NCBI GenBank assembly: GCA_964016885.1
Contig: OZ024751.1
Location: 40,672,001 to 40,736,000 of the forward strand
DNA from: Eledone cirrhosa
Lineage: Eukaryota
Direction of reading: 5' to 3'
Length of the DNA: 64,000 nt
Part shown: positions 14,583 to 64,000 of the stretch, piece after piece
Position numbering within the stretch: position 1 is the stretch's first letter
Layout: each line of letters opens with the position of its first letter
Position numbers and translations under genes: made by a program
The notes under the pieces: generated by a model
Seen by the model: only the letters and a program-made list of their open reading frames with translations
Told to the model about the DNA's origin: nothing
Databases searched by the model: none

Positions 14583-15684
14583 TCTTCTAAGTCAGCATTA
14601 CTGGTTAGTCCAAAGTTTTCAAGTTACTATAAATTTCTATTGAAATATATAACAGAATATATATATATATTTCTTTACCGCTTCATGTATTATGTATGTA
14701 TACAAGCATGACTATATAGTATATGTGTAAATTTGGACATCATTATAGCTTGCATGGATATATATTTATCGTGCTAACTTTTTGGATCGGTTAATATTGC
14801 AATTTACATACTATATAAAGTTTTAAGGCTATTTCTAAGATTATCGGATACTGATCTTATTTAATTTCCTTCTTTTTACATATTTATCAAATTTATATTT
14901 TTTAATAAATAAAAAGCATTAATTATCTATTTCGTCTATTGAGAAAAAAAGGAAAGAGATTTGTCGTGTTGATGTCTATGTCAGCCTGTCTTATACTCTG
15001 TCAAGGAGCTACAAGCAGATATGGCGTCGTCAATTTGAAGGCTCGACCGGAAGCTAATGGTAGACTTTATCATATCTCGACCGGAAGCTAATGGTAGACT
15101 TTATCAACACAATTGTCTTAAAGAAATAAAATAGAAACTTTATCACAAAACAAAGTTAGCATTTGTTAAAATGATGATGGAATCATCAATCGGGATTTAA
15201 ATATTTCGATATTCAAATATTTAATGACAAAATCTTCGATCTAGCATTTTAGAGCATATTACATTCTATTCATATATTCTAGAAACGCTACACTTGTGAA
15301 AGTTTTCAATTGGGTGACGTTTTGTCATTCTATATATCTTTCTTATAATATCTGGCCAGAACAACAAAATAATTCATCTAAAAAAATACAACAATCTGAT
15401 TTAACACAAACTTAATCGTGTATTTTCTGAAATGGACTGGACTCATTATCCAATACATACCCAATTTAATCCGTATCCCAATGGTTAATAAAAAAAACAT
15501 ATAAATGAAGGCAAAATTTGATTAATCTGTAATCATAATAAACATATAAAAAGCAATATTAGTTATAACAAAGTATCTTCTCTTTAAAACAATCCTCGTG
15601 TGATGGTAGGACGTCATCTCCACTGTTACAAGAAACAGACACTATTAAGTCACTCAAGAACCGTGATAATTATTCCTATTTCCA

Positions 15685-63493
<47,809 letters not shown>

Positions 63494-64000
63494 CTGTAAA
63501 TAAAAACAAGAAGTTTAATAAGGATTTTCAAATTAGGAAAAAAGGTAAAAATTTACACCAATCTCAGTATATGACTGGTATTTTATTTTATCAACCCCAG
63601 AAGGATGAAAGGCAAAGCTGACCTCGGTAGGATTTGAATTCAACATGTAAAAGACTGTAACTAAATACTTGCAAAGTATTCTGTTCGGCGCTCTACCGAT
63701 TCCGCCCCCAGCCAACCAAGTTCATAATGCTAGTCAATGAATTGTAATGGGGAGAGAGAGTTTTTTGGTCAACAACCATAGAATGTTTTCGAAATAAATA
63801 GATAAACTCAAGGGCGGTGCTCCAGCATGGCCTCAGCCGGATGGCTGGAACAGGTAAAAGAGTAAACAAATAAATAAATGAGGAAATAGAAGAAACCCAG
63901 CTAAAACATAGAAAATATAAATTTAATCATTAAAATTCTCAAGAAATGTTGGAAGAGCGGAAACATTTTAAGGAGCTTTAATATTAGAATAACAGCGTGT

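Overview
AT-rich, repeat-dense animal genomic DNA; the SINE, RTE and Penelope-type repeats and long (TA)n tracts point to an octopod cephalopod (inference). The window holds the 3' part of one large minus-strand gene: 26 coding exons (63493 to 15685, 8264 nt, about 2750 aa) whose 5' end lies beyond the window. It encodes a type I membrane scavenger receptor with at least 23 SRCR domains (mostly six-cysteine), a Ser/Thr-rich stalk, one transmembrane helix and a cytoplasmic tail with FDNPLF, NQLY and NVYY motifs. The domains follow a strict three-domain higher-order repeat, (A-B-C)x7 + A, plus one canonical membrane-proximal domain. All introns but one are phase 1, one needs a GC donor, and two domains are split by introns. 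One intron holds a decayed duplicate of an SRCR exon whose first codons expanded into a 13 x 32-bp hairpin minisatellite. The introns and downstream region carry about ten hammerhead-ribozyme motifs from about six unrelated repeat families, some on the pre-mRNA sense strand. They also contain large foldback repeats, tRNA-derived SINEs, RTE, CR1, Tx1, Dong/R4 and CRE fragments, an internally deleted Helitron and several minisatellites. All calls were made by eye; repeat boundaries are approximate.
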